A stretch of DNA of 62,443 nucleotides, the filler included, from Sphacelaria rigidula (lineage: Eukaryota), in NCBI GenBank assembly GCA_964200075.2. It is 11 parts of 11 records of this genome, joined end to end, with 100 filler letters (N's around TTAATTAATTAA, not from the genome) between each part and the next. Parts side by side here need not be neighbours in the genome. Positions count along the whole stretch, not along the records: positions 1 to 5,586 come from CAXNAA020026086.1; positions 5,687 to 11,272 come from CAXNAA020026087.1; positions 11,373 to 16,958 come from CAXNAA020026088.1; 8 more parts are not named here. One strand, given 5' to 3'. The translations under genes and the position numbers were made by a program. The notes below the pieces were generated by a model. The model searched no databases and was not told where the DNA came from. It saw only the letters and a list, made by a program, of their open reading frames with translations. Positions 1 to 12,523 of the stretch are shown in pieces. Each line of letters opens with the position of its first letter. Within the stretch, counting starts at the first letter, position 1.

Positions 1-553
1 ACTGCTTTCCCCAAGCACGTCTGACAGGGCTTTGGTTGTGGGGGGGGCTGGGGGGGGGTGGGGTCTGAAAGCGACTAGCTTGTCCATGCTGTGCATTGTC
101 GTGTTGGGCCTCTGGCTTCGACCTTGCGAGACTCTTCCGTTGATCAGTGCGCGAAGTGGGCCTTCATGAAGATGCTGAGTATGCTCATATCGTTTCAGCA
201 AGTCATCTGTACAGCGAACACACTCAAGCGAGCACACTCAAGCATGCGTGACAGAAACGCGCGTGGCAGCATCCTTTCGTCATGCTTGAGTACGGTGGCT
301 TCTGTTTGCCTCCACGGGAGGTCCCCGGTGGTCTGCGTAATGGTTCGACCGTCATCATCAAGGGGGAGATAATGTGGGTTCGAATCACGATGCTTTGGAT
401 TTTTCCTTTGAAGTATCTGACTTCCACCGTCGAAAGCGTGAGTACGTGAGTGAACAAAAATTAATCGAGTGAGTTTGTTTGACGAAAATTTAACGCCGTG
501 CGGGAGTGCTGACCCAACCCGCGAGATCAAAATGTAAGGCATGTACCGGGGAG

Positions 554-634
554 GGGGGGGAGGGGGGCGCGTACTTATTTGTTGCTTGCCTTAGTCGTTT
601 GACCGGTGATCACGCATCCCTTCCGAGACGGAGC
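554..634 (-). mobile_element. Short C-tailed retroposon matching the LINE 3' end, with 15-bp TSD
   Basis: Matches 26005-26069. GCATGTACCGGGGAG is duplicated at 539-553 and 633-647. The G-run on + is a C tail on the element strand. Confidence 0.85.
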
Positions 635-2114
635 ATGTACCGGGGAGAGATGGGTTGATCCCTTGAGACTACGGACTCGTCCTGAGGAAAGGGGAGGGGT
701 TCAAAGTGCGTCAAGAAGAAAAAAGGGGGCGAGTCGGGGGAAATGGAGGCAGAGTGGTAATGGTGCCGCGACGATTTCAGCGGCACGGAGGGAGATCTGT
801 AGTTGAACACGGGATGCTGCGGGCGCGAATAGGAAGGGAGCACTACGCTGCCACCTGACTGAAAGCCGAGAAAGACCGGGGTTGAAGAGGACGGTGACTG
901 TAGCGTGGCGTAGAGGTGCGCCGAGGGTTGGGACCCGGATAGTGAACGGCGGTGTTCTTCCCGTGGACACGACGCCAATGTAGGTGATCATGTACTGTGT
1001 TATATTCTCGTGCTTTTGCTGTTGGTGTCCTCAGGGTTTTTACTGTGAATTTCCCGCCAGTGGCCTGCTGCGGCAAAAATTACCGTGCATGGATGTTCAC
1101 ATCACGCCAGTCGTAGTATTTCGTAATTTTCCGTATAGGGCAGCATGTTTTGGGCTCGTGGGCAGTAGGACGCCTAACTTCTGCGGACTCAGTGGGGACG
1201 GCAACAGGATTAGAATCAAGGTAGATCGCCTGACCTCGTGCCAACCCTATTGCGCGGGAAATCCTTTTTCTGTGTTTAAGTCGGTGTCTTGTTCGTATTT
1301 TGTGTTCAGAATGGAAACAATGGTCAGACTGCAAATGTTGGAGCACATAGGTCGGTAATTTTACTCAGACCCTGCCGAGACGGTGGCTTGGGTTGCCGAG
1401 GGATAAAGCCTAGTTACACAGCGCGTCGCTGCCGGTGCAGTATGCCTCATCGAACCTAGCACGGCCGCCACTTAATCCCGTCTTCCCTTGGAGCTTTTTG
1501 TTGTCATAAATCCTAACCCTCTTTTCCATGCTCTTTATTTCGGTATCGCTAAGGATTCCCACCCGAGAAGTGCGGATTAGTGATATCGCGGCTTTGATCG
1601 GCGGTGGGAGCGAGACATGAAGCTTCCCCGCAGAAACTAGCAGCCGGACAAGATGTCAAAAGTGGAGAGTTGTAGCACTTTCACCAACGACGCGTGTGGA
1701 TTTATCCGGATATTGATGTTTCAAGTACAGCAAACTTCATGGGGTGATTGATTTAGGGATCTGGCGGACTCCAGGAAAAGGCAGGCACGGAGCGGGAGCG
1801 GGGTTCGGGTGGGATGCGGGTGGGATGAATGAGCGAGGAAGTTCGCAGGCAAGTTGTCATTTGCTGGTGGGATGCTGTAAGGTGTCTCCACCCGTATTCT
1901 ATGCTCAGGAGTTCAACGCGTGGTCTGAGCTCGTTGGACATCGCCCACCCCTGACGCGATGATATAAGTGGGCAGTGACTGGCGGAGATGGCTGGCTAAA
2001 CTGTTTGTATTATTGCGGTTCCCAAAAACATTCCATCTCGCTATTGCGTCAATTGTTTGCAATATTCCACAGATGCACAGGATAGGATAGACTACAAGTA
2101 AGGGCTATTTGAGA

Positions 2115-2480
2115 TGTCGATACTCAACGCGTTCTGCAATACTCAGTACTTGCGGAAGTCGATACTCCAGGTACTTTAGAATTCTCATCGGTTTTGGTAG
2201 TCGATACTTAAGGTAATCGGGAGTACTGAGCACAGAGAATACTCTGGGTTTACTGGGTACCTACAGTATCGTACTCTACTTCACCCACGTTTGCGAGTCT
2301 GTTCAACTCCATGATTGATCTCTTCACCACTGCATTTTGTCCTACCGTACAGAGTGTCCTGTTGTACTGCACGGACTTCCCCCCCCCCGTAAGGTTGAGC
2401 ACAGTAGAGTGCCGCATAGTGTAATGTACTACGAACAAACTGCACTGTCTGCACGGTACTGTAGACACTACACCGTACCA
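2115..2480. repeat. Degenerate GTAC/GAGTAC-rich repeat (similar composition at ~38690-39050)
   Basis: Dense recurrent TACTC/GAGTAC/CAGTAC subunits; boundaries approximate. Confidence 0.45.
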
Positions 2481-4198
2481 GGTACATTTATCCTGATAGG
2501 TTCAGTTCGCTGTACGCTCGATCCCCGCACCCATGGGCTCAACCTTTACAACTCCCAGAGTGTCAGTGGCACCTAGCGTGCGCTACACCCACCAAGATAG
2601 GTCAACGCTACGGGAGGCGTTTGGGATTTTGCTTGTACGCAGTTGAACGCGGTAGAATCGATTCATCGGTCCGGTGTCCGGCACGCGACCCACGGTCAAT
2701 ATCAACGGCAACGTGACTCGAAGGTAGTGGACTGGAACATACGATATGCGTGCATGCTTCGGCATCGCGTCTTTTTTCTCTCGTTCGAGCGCAACTTGTG
2801 TCTAAGAACGTGCCAGCGCTTCTGCAGCAATTCAACTCCTGGCGCCGTGAGCGAGTTTCCAGAGCTCGTTTTCGTCGCAGCAGCCCCTCCTTTTCTTCCC
2901 GCCCTGAATCAACGTCAGCCGTCAGCCATTCATGTCACATATTGTTCGACACACGAGGACATACTTTCCTCACTGTCAGTGTTTCTTTTTTTTCGTCTCA
3001 AGGGCCCGAGACTCCCCAACGAATTGCCTGAGGAAAACGCTGAGGATGAGTGATGGAGCGTCGTCGGAAGCAGCATGAAGACCGAGATTTTTCATGCTGG
3101 TCCACTGGTTCACGTGCTCTCACGAGTCCGCTCGTGCGTGATATATCCTCTGACAATCACGCCGTCTATTTTTCTGACATATTACTTGTGTATTATATAC
3201 TCTACAGCGCTTCCATGTTCGGATACGGTCGACAGGAAGCTCGTGAGTTGGGTGCACTGCTGCTGGTAAACACCCGCGAGTACTACTTCTAAGTGTACAC
3301 ACACCATTCGCCTCTGGCGTTGAAAGTTCGGAAAGCGCAGAGTGCCCCCATATCACTTGGTGCCTCCCCGGAATCTACGATCCTGCCCCCAAGCGATTGC
3401 GTCGAGATCGCAATGAAATGGGAACATCTGTGTGTCACCGGGTGCGTTTACGGTTGAAGATAAAACCAGGGTCATTTGATGTCTTATCATGATCTATCGT
3501 CCCGAACATTTCCTCAGCTCTACTTTGCTTTTGTAGCGCGACGCTTCGCACGCGCGAGTCGAAGTAGAGCGTTTTTCCCGAAGGAGGTCACTCTATGGAC
3601 TGGGACCATGTCGATCGAGAGAGGGTTCCGTTCAATAGCTTCAATTACGTTGCGCGTTTCTTTTTTATGGAGCGTGGGACCGGGTTTTGCTGGAAAGTTT
3701 GCGCGCTTGGGATAAACTGTGCCTCTCGCGTGAGCAACTCAGCGACTCTTGCACCAAAGGACAAGGTGGGTGGCAGAAAAGGACCTTGATGCTCGCAGCA
3801 CCTTGTGGCGGGAAATGGTCCCGGAGCAGGACCGCGAGCACCGTTTCGGTTCGCATCTCACCCCTGCTACGTTGTCGATGACATTTGGCGCAGAGATTCG
3901 TCTCGGGGCGAGAGTGTGGCCGACAGAAACAGGCAGAGTCGCTGACAGTTCGGACAGCTCCGACTGTATCGGGATGAAGTTAGGGTCAGGGAGTGTCGTC
4001 GACACTTTCGACCCCGCCAACGGCGGTGTCGGACACATCGCCGACGCTGTCGGGGCTATCGCGCTGTCGTCGTCGTCGTCGAAACTGTCACCGACCCTGT
4101 AGCTGACGCTTCCGTCACGGTCGGATTTTTCAGTCCCAATGTCTAACAACACAGGTCTCCCTTTTCGTTGATGTGGGAAATGTTCCTATGTAGAATAC

Positions 4199-4982
4199 TT
4201 CACACGTCGGACAGATCAGGTCTCCGTAGCTCGAGGTAGCTCTTTTTCAGCGTAGCTCCATATCATAGTGGGCAATGAGAGCTGCACGAGCTACGCATGA
4301 TTTTTCCTGGGTGAGCTATAAGAGCAACATGTGCTACGCATGTTCGCCGTAGGTGAGCTATCAACCCGTAGCTCATCAGCTCGTATTCGCCGTGGGTGAG
4401 CTATGAGAGCTGCATTAGCTGTGCTTGTTTGCTCTAATTGAGCTTTTAGCCCGTAGCTCATCAGCTCACATTCGCCTTGGGTGAGCTATGAGAGCTGCAT
4501 CAGCTACGCACGTTAGTCCTGGATGAGCTGTGGGAGCTACATGAGCTACGCATGTTTGCCGTCGATGAGCTATCAGAGCTAGGCAAGCTATGCATAATTG
4601 CCCTGGATGAGCTACGGAACGTAGCTCATCCGCGCATGTTTGCCCTGGGTAAGCTGTGGAGCTACATCAGCTACGCTTGTTTGCCCTGGTTGAGCTAAAG
4701 AGCTACGGGAGCTACGCCGATTTTGGTGTTGTTTCTGTTCTGATGCTCATGCACATTAATACGTGAAAACGCTTACATGTGTACACACCTGTGTTCCGTT
4801 TTGAGCAGTGATGGATTTGCTGTTAGCAAACATCAGAATGACCACATCAGAAGCCATACCCACCGTAGCCACCACACCCACACACAACCACACGCACACA
4901 CAAGCCGCCCTATATGGCGACCGCTGGGGGCAGCAGCTCTAGCGGCGCTTCAGTCGGAAATGATGCCGTGGATCTGGATCCT
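4199..4982 (+). mobile_element. Non-autonomous dispersed element with ~40-bp GAGCTA subrepeats, a CA-rich tract and a GC hairpin near its end
   Basis: Collinear with the reverse complement of ~40962-41595, from TTCACACGTC to GTGGATCTG(G/A)ATCCT. Confidence 0.8.
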
Positions 4983-5044
4983 CCGCAACAGGCGGTCGAT
5001 GTGGAGGGAAGAAGTGAACACACATACAATATTTGATTGCTCAA

Positions 5045-5151
5045 CCCTTTCCACCGCGAGGGTGGACAATTTGTTGAGTCGGCATCATTCAGACGCCAAA
5101 AAAGATGAAGTATGCTGATTTCACAAATCGCCTACCCTCGCGGTCAAAGGG
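5045..5151. mobile_element. ~100-bp MITE with CCCTTTGACCGCGAGGG-type TIRs (piggyBac-like)
   Basis: TIRs at both ends; homologous to 40318-40423 and 43723-43820. Confidence 0.6.
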
Positions 5152-5586
5152 GGCGAGCATAGGTCATCTGTTGAATCGGCTCTAATTTCACTTGAAAAAA
5201 GTATGCATGACCAGATGGACTCGTACCCTCGCGGCCAGGCAGTCAAAAGCAATGAATTGGTTGATTATTCAAGACAACAAATCTCAATCATGTTTTGAAC
5301 CATTCGACCATGCGAACGAGGATCCGTGTTGAGCTCTTTTTTTCATACCGCGAAGAGCAAGGCAGGAAACAACCTAATGATATGTTGCGCAATCTATTCG
5401 AACAAGAATGTAACATCATGAGCGACACCGGGTTTGCCAGCGGCGAGCTACGCACATGCCCTGAGTGAGCTGACACTTTCTACGATAGCCCCCCCCCCAA
5501 ACCAGCAAAAAGTGTCACGAAATAAATGCCTATACAGCGCCTGGTCTTCGGGTTCAGGCTGCATGAAGCGCCCAATAGGAAGAGCG

Positions 5587-5686
5587 NNNNNNNNNNNNNN
5601 NNNNNNNNNNNNNNNNNNNNNNNNNNNNNNTTAATTAATTAANNNNNNNNNNNNNNNNNNNNNNNNNNNNNNNNNNNNNNNNNNNN
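5587..5686. other. Artificial contig linker N44-TTAATTAATTAA-N44 (also 11273-11372, 16959-17058, 22645-22744, 28331-28430, 34017-34116, 39703-39802, 45389-45488, 51074-51173, 56759-56858)
   Basis: Identical 100-nt spacer with stops in all six frames. Intervening segments are 5586 or 5585 bp, consistent with length-sorted contigs. Confidence 0.98.
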
Positions 5687-7222
5687 AATCAGGCAGAAGA
5701 AATCGTGAATTTGGTGATTTTGAGTCGTGATGATTTGTCCTAACCGTGAAACCATACCAAAATTTGTATCGAAAATCCTGGCATAGTTCGACAGGGTGTC
5801 GAGCAATGTTCCGCACACTCCGGCATGGTCTGGAAGGGCATGTGCTGATCAGATAATTTTCTTTTGCACGTTTGTGTGAGACACCCGATTTTTAGCCGGT
5901 GTGTACCCTGCACAACACAACACAAACTTAATAACCCGTTTAGAACCGTTGATGAAGAAATGACGCTTTACAATTGACGTGTTCTTGGGCAAGATATGGT
6001 TGTGTCTCTGCAAGTGTTGATGATGAAGCCCACCAAAACGGTGCACCGCTCTCACTTCAAGTATACTGATGTGACATATTCGTGCACCCAACTCCAAGTG
6101 ACGTTTTCGCGGTGACGAAAGCTCGCATATGGGAGTTTACAAATCGTCACTTTTCCATCAACGGTTCCAGAAGAGTCAAGAAACACGGCACACCCGGAAC
6201 GTGCGCGCTCGCTCATCATCACAAAACACACACCAACGCTGGAGGTGAAACGAGCTGGATGCACGGGTGTGTGGCCCGGACGACTCACAACAGGCAGCCA
6301 CAGCATTCAAAAATCCTAACTTCAAATCACAACACGACCGCAACAAACAAAAGCCCCTTTGAACACACGAACGCGCAGTCTTGGGTCATGTAAAAGCTGG
6401 GCCGGCTAACAAACGCGTGTTGTATCAGACAATCCCATCTTTTGGGGACCACTGAGTCAGGACGAGCCGAGCATATACTTGTAACTGAATAGTTAAGGCG
6501 TTCACACGAAGCTATTCAGTTTCGGAATCCTCCCCGTTGGTGTCGCGAAACCGGCGTCTCCATTTTTACACTTTTCCGTTATCGCATTCCTGTACGTAGT
6601 ATTTACCTTCCTGACAATTCTCCAAAAAATAAACTATTCCGAGTTTGACCAAACTTGACCAAACTTTCTTCGCGTGTTAATCCTGATGCGAGAAAAATAC
6701 GCGGCGACCGTCTCTTTCTGCGATTCGTTGTCGCTCGAAACTTATACCCCGAACTACTATATCTTTCACCACGATTACATAGTCAAGTTTGTGAGCGGCG
6801 CGATTTTGGAACAACGTCGACAAGCACGGATACGCGCCGCAGTATTTTTGGAGTCGGGACCCCACTTTTTTATACAGTACGTCAGTTGCGATGGACCCGC
6901 CGCCACATTCCCAACCGGACCTCTTCTTTTTTCTCGCTCAGGTATGAATAATCGGAATTTTCAATCGAGTCGTCAGCGGAAAGAATTTCGGGATAAATCG
7001 GCAAAAAAAAAAGCCTAGTTGTGCATGTGTTTCCGAATTCCTTGCGGAAAACGTGTCCGAATTTCGGGTCCCGACGCGAAAATGAAGCGGCCCGAGGTGA
7101 AATTGGCACATGCTTGATTTGCTGGCTGGCCCAGCGTTTATCGTATTGCCTATACTGACCAAATGGTCATACTTAATTCGCACCACAGCATTAGCGTTTA
7201 CATTCCATTTGTAATGCCAATC

Positions 7223-7592
7223 GCCGGTCGCCCCTGTGGCTCAGTTGGGAACCTGCACACCTTCTGACACTTGGGAGACGTGGGTTCGAATCTCAGTGAA
7301 GCCGAATGATGTCGGATTTCCTTTCACATCATGCCCAACGGTGGAGAGCGACCATGTCGTGGGTACACAAAGTTCGACTTCACGGTTGACGAGGGGAAGG
7401 GACCATTGAGCCCTCCTCGCGATAAAAAGTAAGCCAAGCACCGAAGAAGGAAGGTGGAGTGCTAAGAACATAATAAAATCGAAAAAGCTCCTGAGTTGGC
7501 CTTCCTCCTGTGTGACCCCGGCTGATGCGCCCACGTATATCGAATGGTGTGGACTCGCGTCCAGAATAGACGGAATTACAACAGACAACAAC
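7223..7592 (+). mobile_element. tRNA-derived SINE, near full length
   Basis: Pol III A box TGGCTCAGTTGG (7237-7248), B box GGTTCGAATC (7283-7292) and CAA-rich tail. Homologous pieces at 18017-19188 and 33950-34016. Confidence 0.85.
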
Positions 7593-7622
7593 GGCACTGC
7601 ATTGGTCGAAGGACACTCCCAC

Positions 7623-7737
7623 CTTTGGTCATCCTCTTCGCCTCGGGGATGTTGGGATTGTGTAGGTCCGTGTTGAGCATGACGATACTGAACGCCAGGA
7701 TGAACGCCGTGTCAGGATTTGGGAAAACCGACGCGTT
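7623..7737 (-). CDS. Next Sec7 exon
   Basis: NASVFPNPDTAFILAFSIVMLNTDLHNPNIPEAKRMTK contains the Sec7 IMLNTDLHN-type motif. Phase-0 join across the 621-bp GT-AG intron 7738-8358. Confidence 0.95.
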
Positions 7738-8358
7738 CTGCTTGACAACAACCAACATAGGCGGCGATTTTCACGTTGGGAAGTTGGGGGGAGGGGGAAG
7801 GCGTTACTCATAATCTTGCATGCCATAGGAATAATACCATGGGAGGGAAGGGGAGAAGGATCGTCGCAGGGGAAAACATCAACATGTGAAAGTTTGAACG
7901 AGTTCGAAGTACAACGTTGTGGTGGTACTCAGAGAGATCAGTGACGATTTCTCTATTTTTGAATTGACCGATCGAGAATAATCGAATTCGCCTCACTCGA
8001 TTAGGGGATCGCAGAGTGAAGGAGAGATTAAACGCGCTTATGTTTTCACACGCTTACTCGAGACTCGACGGGAAAAAACGAAAAACACGCACAGACAGAC
8101 CGCATTACACTACACCACTGGTCACGTTGCACACGACTTCAAGTATAGATACACAAACAGGACGAACACATGCGATAAGCAGGCATGACTTATGACGCGC
8201 GGTCATTTGTTCCATCGAGGGTCTCTGTCTGCCTCCGTCTCTGCCCGTATGCCTGCCAACCCTTTTTTTTGTGTCTCCCTCGCTCGCTCGCTTATTTTTT
8301 GTTGGATTAAGCCGTGCTGTTGAAGTGAGTCAAGTCAGTCATTCCGCACCAAGCTCAC

Positions 8359-8485
8359 CTGGAGGCAAAACCTCTCGGCAAACTTTTCCATCATGCGGTC
8401 GATCTTCTGAGCCTCCCCGGGCAAGCGGAACCCTTCGAGGAAATACCGGATAGCCTCGTCGAACACCATGCCGGTAAAGTCTATG
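8359..8485 (-). CDS. Exon of a Sec7-domain ARF guanine-nucleotide exchange factor
   Basis: [42 protein letters not shown] contains the catalytic FRLPGE motif. CAG acceptor and GTGAGC donor. Confidence 0.95.
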
Positions 8486-10274
8486 CTGAACAGCACCGCC
8501 CGAGCGCAAACAGAAAAATCACACAGACGCGGACACCAGCACATATAAATATATTAAATCGAACACAGAAACATACCGGAGAAGGTAACACTTGGCTCGA
8601 GCAGTATTGCGCGTTCAAGTATCGTCGTATCCACCACATATTTGCGTCCTGGTTGCCTTGGCCATGCGTTGTCCTTATTGCCAGCAGCTTATGGTGGGGA
8701 CTTTCGAAGCCGGGTGCTGCTATACACCCGAGACGGATCGGTACATTTTCTATTCACATCGATACTTGATGTAGACGATAGCACATTTTCGGGTCTATGC
8801 AATTCAAATTGATGTATGCTCCAGTGGAGGGCGGGCATTGTATCGGCAATATGTTGCTCACATTGTCGAGGGGAGCTGGTGCGCGCCGGTATGTGTTAGA
8901 CGCGCCGTTGCTCCCCGGACATGCGTATATCTATATATACAAAGGTTTGGGCGGCCTACGCCGCCACCTCAATGGATCGAGTTCCAAGATACCATACATG
9001 ATACTGGCGGAAGTATGCGATATTATTCTGTTACAGTACAGTACATCACCACACTATCGATGAGATACATCCAGCCACAGACACCACAGCTTTTGGTGTA
9101 CACAGCATACAAGCACACCGATACCTGAGCGCACTCAGCAACCCTTGGTCATCTTGGTTCCCGGGACAGTACTGGTACAGCAGTCAAGTACAGGAGGGTG
9201 AAGGAAATACAGTAGTACAGCACAATAGTATTAGTAGTGAGACTTTGACCCCAGAGGAGAGCGTCAGCGGGCAAAACTGTTCCGAGGCGAGGTTCGCAAA
9301 CAATTGAGGCTCAGACCACCGGAGATAGGAATTTGTTGAATCGGCACCATTTTCAGTTCTCTTTCAAGTGAAACTGATGGCAATTCCTCAAACTTACACC
9401 TCCGGCGGTCTACGGGTTAACCTTTCGACTGCGAGCCTCGCCTCGGAATAGTTTCGCCAGCTGACAGTCCAAGGACATACAGAGATTTCCAGGGGGCAAG
9501 GGGTGGTTTTTGTGGGGAGGGTGGGTGCCTGTTTGCAGAACAGGCGGATAAGTTCACGGAGGTCAACCATGTGTGTTTGAAAGTTTCCCGCGGAAAAACT
9601 CCAAGTCAGGAACGAGGCCGGAGAGGAGGGGAGTGACGATTTTGACAGTGGTAATTGATCAGAGTGATCACTCTGTTCCACGTGAGATGAACCACAGGTT
9701 AACTACCTCGCAGCGAAGCCCTGTTTGACCATTTGGGTAACGACAACTCAGCCGTAGGAATACAGGAGTAAAGGGGGGTACTTTTACAATGATTTTAGTC
9801 TTTGCCGCTTGTCTGATCCCTCTTGCGTTGTCGTGGAACACGAAGCAGAGACATCGGTAGCGATGACATGCTGACTGTTTCTTGCGGTTGCATTCAGCCC
9901 CTGGTGACTAAAAAAGCTCGCATGTATGGTAGGCTAGCAGCAGCTGCTGCAAGCAGCGGTACACAGTGAAGATGGAAGTACGGTAGAGACGCTGCAACAT
10001 GCGTGCAAGATCCAAATACGCTAGAGGTGTGCCAGCCCTGCCCCGAACGAAAGTAGACTAACTGAGTTCAGAGGAGAGTGGTGGCACGCTGAGTGATGCA
10101 TACCGTTGTTTCACGCACCCCGGAGTCAAGCAAAATGCTTCTTTTCCGATTCTCAAGTGAAACTTTCGATTCAATTTTCAAGTGAAAACGATGCCGATTC
10201 CACAAATAGATGTGGCCCGTGAGCGTTCGAGAGATATGACATATATATGTAGCTACCAATATATATACTACGGA

Positions 10275-10281
10275 GTATATA

Positions 10282-10315
<34 letters not shown>

Positions 10316-10316
10316 C
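10275..10316. repeat. (TA)n microsatellite (others near 24929, 25183, 57996)
   Basis: Direct reading. Confidence 0.9.
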
Positions 10317-12322
10317 TCCGGAGTTTGTAGCACACTTGCATTGGTTCATGTATTGCTGGCAAAATGCATGTCGACCAGCCTCTTGTGCTAGTATAGTATC
10401 CTGCCATAATTTGTTGCACACCGCGGGATGCCGACAACTGTATAGACAACATACATACTACACATCGACCCGTCTAGGGTGAGATACCAATACATGATAC
10501 GCCTCATCTCCGCCTCATCCCACAGCGATCCTCGGAAAATGGACGCGACGGGCAACGTCGTAGGGAATCAAGGGCAAGAACGCACATAGTCACACCTACG
10601 TAATTCGTCCGCTTGCTATTCCGCGAACGCGGGTCACGACGGCAAGCGTCTGGAGCAACGAAAACATGCAGCATAGACCACAACGCAAGGAACAAAAGAG
10701 CGCAGACAGAAAAAAGCAGGTCTACATATCTACATTCCAGATGTCTACAATCGTTTGATGGTATGTTCCCCACCCGTCGAAACAACCCGGTGATCCAAAC
10801 TGGTACAACAACAACACGAGGTTGGGCGCATCTCGTGGGTTCGACGACCGAGACACTACAATAGGATCTCGTTTCTGTCTCCCGTTTTTTGTTTTTATCG
10901 TGTCCACCTAGCTCTTTTCGTCGTTCGAAAGAGGCGACAACATGAGTCTTCTGCGAAACACGACGGCGTTCCGTGAGATTAGACGTGATGTGACGCTGCT
11001 GGCCCGACGCTCGATGATGAAGTTAAACCAAGTACCATGGAGAGATGAGTTGACCTCTTCAGTCCACGGACTGAACAACATACGACAAATACATCCCGCC
11101 ACGTTTCGGTGGTCTTAATTATAACGGTACATCATGAGCCGGTTCCGGTTAGGGCGAAACATTGCGAGTCCGGATCCCGACAGATACGATATTTTCAGGG
11201 TAGGATCTTCACTCTGTCGTTGACAGGGTGAGGATGCAACTGACATACAATAAACTCAACGAGAGTCGACATNNNNNNNNNNNNNNNNNNNNNNNNNNNN
11301 NNNNNNNNNNNNNNNNTTAATTAATTAANNNNNNNNNNNNNNNNNNNNNNNNNNNNNNNNNNNNNNNNNNNNGACGCCAACCCCATCGGGGGTCGGGGGG
11401 GGCGGACTGAAGACAAGACCAAGCAGAAAAAAAAATTATTGACCGGCCATCATGACGGGAGGGGGGGAACAATGGCATTGGTTCCAGACTTCGGTAAACA
11501 ATCCCCAAAATTGCGGTCAAAGATTCATCACATCGAGAAGCTTCATCTGATAGATCTCGATTCACCAACCACAGCCACACCTATGGACACCATGTCCGCA
11601 CGATATACAAGAATTCCCGCAAAAGCTGTCAAAAAGCACTAGAAAGGATGTACGCTAGATACAACCCAGGACGATTTCGGGTTACACACATGTTTTGCTC
11701 CTGGAAATGAAAAGTAGCCATAGACTTACTCCCTCGGCAATCAAACTTCGATCAGTCATGGTGAACATCACACCAAAGGCATTCATCGAACTCCAGCATG
11801 TCCCTCGCATAAATGCCGAACTAAGCCCCCTCCGGATGTCAAAAACAGCACCGCTTGTAGTAGTAGCAAAGCTGTTCATGCTCGTAGCAGTAGCTGAGCT
11901 GTTCATGAATCTCTCCACGCGAAAACTAGTCCCCTTCTTCCCGCCATGATCAGCTCGCTTGGGAACGAGCCAAACCGCTGTAAGTGGCCGAAGGCAAGAA
12001 AATAAAACAGAAAATCACTGGAGCACTTGCGTGGCATATATAGCCCACCTCGAGGATGTACGCCCAAGTATCATTGCCGCTCTACGGTATCCTTGCCTTC
12101 GTGGCTACCGTTACGCCCAGAGTCAAGACCCGTGCGGGTGCATTAGGCAATGAATGTACACCGTCGACCACAAACAACTCACGTGAAACCCATGGGCAAC
12201 CAAAGGGGAAAAAAAAAACTCAAGTGATACGTAGTAAAATGAGCTGTTGTTTTTCTCATCAAAGCAAGCAGAGGTTCCCGAAAAACATGAAAACAACAAG
12301 CACTGCAGCACACCGCTCCCCA

Positions 12323-12523
12323 TCAACCCAAGGACGTGCGGCCAAGCAGCTGTGCGCCCTTCATCCTCGCTTCCGTAGCCACCAGCACGCTGAGAGTCTC
12401 GACCAACTCTTCCCGACCGCTACACTTTGACACAGCCTGCTGCAGCAAAGCGGCGGCCGATTCTGCATCCTCCATGCTCTTTGCCGCCATGATCTTGAAG
12501 TTTGCCAACTGCACCATCGTGTT
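12323..12523 (-). CDS. TOM70: Terminal exon of Tom70-like TPR protein
   Basis: NTMVQLANFKIMAAKSMEDAESAAALLQQAVSKCSGREELVETLSVLVATEARMKGAQLLGRTSLG*. All four exons join in phase 0, and the C-terminal layout fits Tom70. Confidence 0.75.
   Translation of the reverse strand, partial: NTMVQLANFKIMAAKSMEDAESAAALLQQAVSKCSGREELVETLSVLVATEARMKGAQLLGRTSLG

Noticed and set aside
3480..4152. ORF-like Pro/Ser-rich stretch
   Set aside because: No recognisable domain or supported splice structure; possibly a decayed element.
5587..5686. Regularly spaced TTAATTAATTAA motif every ~5.69 kb
   Set aside because: Artificial concatenation linker; the periodicity reflects length-sorted contigs.
7223..7300. Functional tRNA gene
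   Set aside because: A and B boxes are present, but there is no convincing cloverleaf and it continues into a multi-copy SINE body.
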